Below are positions 29,713-33,355 of a DNA stretch of 33,355 bases, piece after piece. The stretch covers positions 1-33,355 of the forward strand of contig JBEDKG010000104.1 of NCBI GenBank assembly GCA_041172205.1, given 5' to 3'. The stretch comes from Actinomycetota bacterium (GTDB lineage Bacteria; Actinomycetota; Actinomycetes; Actinomycetales; Microbacteriaceae). Numbering within the stretch: position 1 is the first letter of the stretch; every line of letters starts with the position of its first letter. A program made the position numbers and the translations under genes. The notes under the pieces are model-generated. The model made no database searches, was not told the origin of the DNA, and saw only the letters and a list, made by a program, of their open reading frames with translations.

Positions 29713-31530
29713 ATGTCAGCGACTCGAAGTTGGTTTCCTAACACCGAGACAATTCCGGTAGACCCTGGTGTATACCGATGGTTCGATGAAAATGATCGAA
29801 TTCTCTATGTTGGAAAGGCCAAGAACCTTCGAGCTCGACTGACCAGCTACTTTGCAAAGCCCGAGACACTTCACGAACGAACTCGGAGAATGGTTCAATC
29901 GGCCACGAGGATTGACTGGACCATTGTTAAAACTGAATTCGAGGCACTGCAACTCGAATTCACTTGGATCAAACAATTCAACCCACCCTTCAACGTTCAA
30001 TTTCGAGACGACAAGTCCTATCCGTATCTCGCAATCTCCTTTGAAGAAGAGTTCCCAAGGGTCTTTTCAACTCGCACTAGGAAACCAGGTGGAACCAAAT
30101 ACTTTGGTCCTTATACTCAAGCGTGGGCAATCCGGGAAACCATCGACGGTCTCCTGCGGGTCTTTCCAATGCGCAGTTGCAGTAAGTCCACCTTTGACGC
30201 GGCAGAGCGAAGCAATCGTCCTTGCCTTCTAGCCGAAATTGGCAAATGTTCTGCACCGTGCGTCAGTCGGATTTCGCAAGACGAACACCGTCAGTTAGCT
30301 AATAGATTCTCATCTTTCGTTAGTGGAGCCGACACATCGTATGTGGCTTCATTGAGGCAGCGAATGATCGAAGCCTCTGAGGCCGAACAGTATGAACTGG
30401 CGGCGAAATTTAGAGACCAAATTGGCGCATTGGAAGCCGTGAGCGCTAAAAGTGCCGTGGTCTTCGAAGACAACGCTTCGGCCGATGTGTTTGCAGTTGC
30501 TATGGACGGCTACACTGCAGCCGTCAACATGTTCAAGGTGCGCGATGGTCGAATCCGCGGCGCCAAAGGGTGGGTAGTCGACTTAGAGCTAGAACGCACC
30601 CTCCCAGAACTTATTGAATACACACTTCAGAACAGTTATTCGGCGGAGGAAGACGATTTTCCTAAAGAAGTTATTGTTCAAGAATTGCCTGTTGATCACA
30701 CCGAGATTGAGCGCTGGTTGTCTCAGGCCAAGGGATCGAAGATAGCGATACGTGTTGCAATGCGTGGAGACAAGAAGTCGCTACTTGAGACGGCAATAAC
30801 TAATGCTGAACACTCACTTCGAAATGTGAAGTTGAAGCGCGCAACAGACTTCACGTCCCGATCGGTAGCACTGTCGAACCTGCAAGATGCACTTGGGCTG
30901 GCTAAGGCACCCCTAAAGATCGAATGTTTCGACGTTTCCCACCTAGCCGGTACAGGAATTGTTGCATCCAAGGTTGTTTTCGTAGACGGGCGTCCACAGA
31001 AAGACCTCTATAGAAGGTATTCGCTCGCCTCTGCTACCGATGACACCGATGCCATGAACCAAGTTCTTGCCAGACGGTTCAAGAGCATGTTGGACGATGA
31101 CTCAAAACCTGACTTGATTGTGGTTGATGGTGCAGGACCTCAGGTTTCGGCCGCCTCAAAAGCGGCCAGAGCCTCTGGCATCGAGGACCTTCCAATTGTT
31201 GGAATTGCAAAGAGACTAGAGGAGCTGTGGCAACCAGGGAACCAATTCCCAGTGATTCTTGCTAGAGCCAGTGACGAACTCTATCTAATTCAGCATCTTC
31301 GTGACGAGGCTCACCGTTTTGCTATCGGGCACCAGAGACTGAAGCGCAAAGCTACCATTGCTTCGATTCTCGAAGAAATCCCAGGTCTCGGCCCAAACCG
31401 CGTCCGACTACTACTGAAACACTTCGGCTCTGCGATTCGAGTTCGTCAGGCAACTATTGAGGAACTTAGTGATATTCCTGGAATTGGAGCCGGATTGGCG
31501 ACTGCCATCCACGAGGCCCTCGCTAAATAG
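29713..31530 (+). CDS. uvrC: Excinuclease ABC subunit C
   Basis: GVY..YVGKAKNLR (GIY-YIG), DDKSYPY, Cys cluster, UVR domain, ECFDVSH, RDEAHRFA and two HhH motifs. Confidence 0.97.
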   Translation: MSATRSWFPNTETIPVDPGVYRWFDENDRILYVGKAKNLRARLTSYFAKPETLHERTRRMVQSATRIDWTIVKTEFEALQLEFTWIKQFNPPFNVQFRDDKSYPYLAISFEEEFPRVFSTRTRKPGGTKYFGPYTQAWAIRETIDGLLRVFPMRSCSKSTFDAAERSNRPCLLAEIGKCSAPCVSRISQDEHRQLANRFSSFVSGADTSYVASLRQRMIEASEAEQYELAAKFRDQIGALEAVSAKSAVVFEDNASADVFAVAMDGYTAAVNMFKVRDGRIRGAKGWVVDLELERTLPELIEYTLQNSYSAEEDDFPKEVIVQELPVDHTEIERWLSQAKGSKIAIRVAMRGDKKSLLETAITNAEHSLRNVKLKRATDFTSRSVALSNLQDALGLAKAPLKIECFDVSHLAGTGIVASKVVFVDGRPQKDLYRRYSLASATDDTDAMNQVLARRFKSMLDDDSKPDLIVVDGAGPQVSAASKAARASGIEDLPIVGIAKRLEELWQPGNQFPVILARASDELYLIQHLRDEAHRFAIGHQRLKRKATIASILEEIPGLGPNRVRLLLKHFGSAIRVRQATIEELSDIPGIGAGLATAIHEALAK

Positions 31531-31550
31531 GTTTCCTTTTATCTCTCGGC

Positions 31551-31586
31551 GTGTCGCTCTTGCTTATAGACTTTTGGGCAGGAGGA
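31551..31586 (+). promoter_or_regulatory. Putative rapZ-whiA promoter with GTGTC (reverse GACAC) site, -10 TAGACT and SD AGGAGG
   Basis: GTGTC at 31551-31555, TAGACT at 31567-31572 and AGGAGG at 31580-31585, within the 65-nt intergenic gap. Confidence 0.5.
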
Positions 31587-31595
31587 ATCGAAGCT

Positions 31596-32462
31596 ATGAG
31601 CAGTCACGAACTAATCGTCGTCACCGGCATGTCGGGCGCCGGCAGATCAACGGTTGGTAACGCTCTGGAAGATCTTGGATGGTATGTCGTAGACAATCTT
31701 CCACCGCAGATGCTCGCTCCGATTTCGGATCTTTTTTCTCTTGCCAAGACACCGCTTCCAAAACTTGCTGTTGTCATCGACGTGCGCGGACGCGAGTTTT
31801 TCACAGAACTGTTAGACAGCCTTGCTCAATTGCGCGGACGCGAGATTAATCTTCGTCTTGTTTTCCTCGAGGCAACCGATAGCGCACTGGTTAAGCGATT
31901 CGAGAATGTTCGACGTCCACACCCGCTCCAGGCAGATGGCACTTTGCTAGACGGAATTGCGGCCGAGCGCCAGCAGTTACTGGCTGTTCGCGAGAGTGCT
32001 GACATCATCATCGACACCTCTGACCTAAACATTCACCAGTTGAGCAATGTGACCTCCGAACATTTCAGCTTCGACCAGGCCAAAAAGCTTAGAGTCATCG
32101 TGGAATCTTTCGGATTCAAATACGGAACACCGACCGATGCAGATCTAATCGCCGACGCCCGATTCATCCCTAATCCCTTTTGGAAAGAAGAACTTCGTCC
32201 ATTCACTGGCGAGGATCAAGCCGTGAGCGATTACGTTCTAAGCGCTGATGGCGCACAGGAATTCATTGAGAACTATGTTTCTGCATTGAAACCAGTTCTC
32301 AAGGGATACGTGAACGAAAACAAACGGTACGCAACAATTGCGATTGGTTGCACTGGCGGCAAACATCGGTCGGTTGCGGTTTCAAGACGGATTGCCCATT
32401 TACTCGAACAACTGCCAGATATTTCGGTAACTTTAAAGCACCGCGACTTGGGAAGGGAGTAG
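31596..32462 (+). CDS. rapZ: RapZ/YvcJ-family P-loop protein
   Basis: VTGMSGAGRS, VVDNLPP, RRPHPL, SFGFKYG, RFIPNPFW and GCTGGKHRSV motifs. Start placed at ATG 31596. Confidence 0.95.
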   Translation: MSSHELIVVTGMSGAGRSTVGNALEDLGWYVVDNLPPQMLAPISDLFSLAKTPLPKLAVVIDVRGREFFTELLDSLAQLRGREINLRLVFLEATDSALVKRFENVRRPHPLQADGTLLDGIAAERQQLLAVRESADIIIDTSDLNIHQLSNVTSEHFSFDQAKKLRVIVESFGFKYGTPTDADLIADARFIPNPFWKEELRPFTGEDQAVSDYVLSADGAQEFIENYVSALKPVLKGYVNENKRYATIAIGCTGGKHRSVAVSRRIAHLLEQLPDISVTLKHRDLGRE

Positions 32463-32465
32463 AAG

Positions 32466-33355
32466 GTGGCACTTACAGCAGATTTGAAATATGAACTTGC
32501 TCGCTTGAAGCCGACCGCTGGGGAACTACGTCTCGCAGAGTTGTCAGTAATCCTTAGATTCACAGCCTCCGTACACGTCGTGAACGCGACTATGATTCTT
32601 GAAGCCGAATTCGACTCTTCACAACTAGCGAATCGTGTGAAGTCAGAGCTGAAAGACCTCTTCGGCATCGAATCCAAAGTTGACATTCTTCATGCAACCG
32701 GTATCCGTAAGGCTTCGCGCCACAACCTCAGAGTTTTGAAACAAACTGATTTACTGATTAGACAGACCGGCCTTTACTACCCGACCGGGAAGCCGGTTCG
32801 TGGCATCCACTCTCGTTTCATTTCCGACTCGGCTGAGGTGGCCGCCGCCGTTTGGCGAGGCGCTCTGCTGGCTCACGGGTCACTTACCGATCCTGGTCGT
32901 TCATCATCTCTTGAAGTATCGTGCCCAAGCAACGAGGCGGCTTCGTCGCTTGTTGGATTGGCAAAACGACTTGGCATCAGTGGTGCAAAGTCACGCGAAG
33001 TCAGGGGAGTGCACCGCGTGGTTATTCGCGAGGGTGACGAAATCTCGCTGCTTCTAAAGCTCATTGGCGCAACCTCAATCCAAGAAAAGTGGGATGCCCT
33101 GCGGGTGAAGAAGGAAGTTCGCACTTCTGCCAACAGACTTGCGAACTTCGACGACGCAAACTTGCGCCGATCGGCTCAGGCGGCGGTTGCAGCAGGAGCA
33201 CGTGTTGCCAGAGCGTTAGAGATTCTCGGCCCGGACATCCCAGCTCATTTGAAGTATGCCGGCGAGCTAAGGCTCCAGCACAAGGCAGCGTCACTCGATG
33301 AACTTGGCCACCTAGCGTCGCCACCGATGACTAAGGACGCAGTTGCCGGCCGCAT
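32466..33355 (+). CDS. whiA: DNA-binding protein WhiA (3' end runs off the window; absent from the ORF track)
   Basis: Manual translation from GTG 32466 gives MALTADLKYELAR..., VWRGALLAHGSLTDPGRSSSLEVSCP, NRLANFDDANLRRSAQAAV and SLDELGHLASPPMTKDAVAGR. I saw no in-frame stop before the window end. Confidence 0.95.
   Translation, partial: MALTADLKYELARLKPTAGELRLAELSVILRFTASVHVVNATMILEAEFDSSQLANRVKSELKDLFGIESKVDILHATGIRKASRHNLRVLKQTDLLIRQTGLYYPTGKPVRGIHSRFISDSAEVAAAVWRGALLAHGSLTDPGRSSSLEVSCPSNEAASSLVGLAKRLGISGAKSREVRGVHRVVIREGDEISLLLKLIGATSIQEKWDALRVKKEVRTSANRLANFDDANLRRSAQAAVAAGARVARALEILGPDIPAHLKYAGELRLQHKAASLDELGHLASPPMTKDAVAGR

Noticed and set aside
32800-33324. Short ORFs listed at the right end of the window
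   Set aside because: All overlap the whiA reading frame, which the track missed because it has no stop in the window.
1-33355. CRISPR array, IS element, prophage, intein, intron or programmed frameshift
   Set aside because: No spaced repeats or transposase, integrase or phage motifs were seen. Core proteins have ordinary lengths and unbroken frames.

Overview
Compact, gene-dense core-genome segment from an actinobacterium of moderate GC (roughly half GC by eye). Gene order and protein motifs fit Microbacteriaceae, plausibly a streamlined freshwater Luna-type lineage such as Aquiluna or Rhodoluna; that assignment is an inference. The + strand carries fmt-rsmB-rpe-hisEGFI-trpE-(two small membrane proteins)-trpCBA-lgt-gltBD-pyk. 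After a bidirectional terminator come tRNA-Leu(CAA) on the - strand, an ANTAR response regulator (PdtaR-like), a hotdog thioesterase (-), polA, rpsA, coaE, uvrB-uvrA-uvrC, rapZ and whiA, which is cut by the window end. I found no mobile element, prophage, CRISPR array or defence island, and no clearly new multi-gene system. The most interesting signals are non-coding or statistical. Seven genes have a TANNNT box 6-7 nt before the start codon, suggesting leaderless mRNAs. Two promoter pairs are built on perfect inverted repeats. A GACAC (WhiA-type) site sits at the putative rapZ-whiA promoter, and there is a dyad in the gltB leader and a structured rpsA leader. rpsA has an unusual Leu codon preference (CTA/CTT, no CTG). 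Two uncharacterised membrane proteins are embedded in the trp genes.
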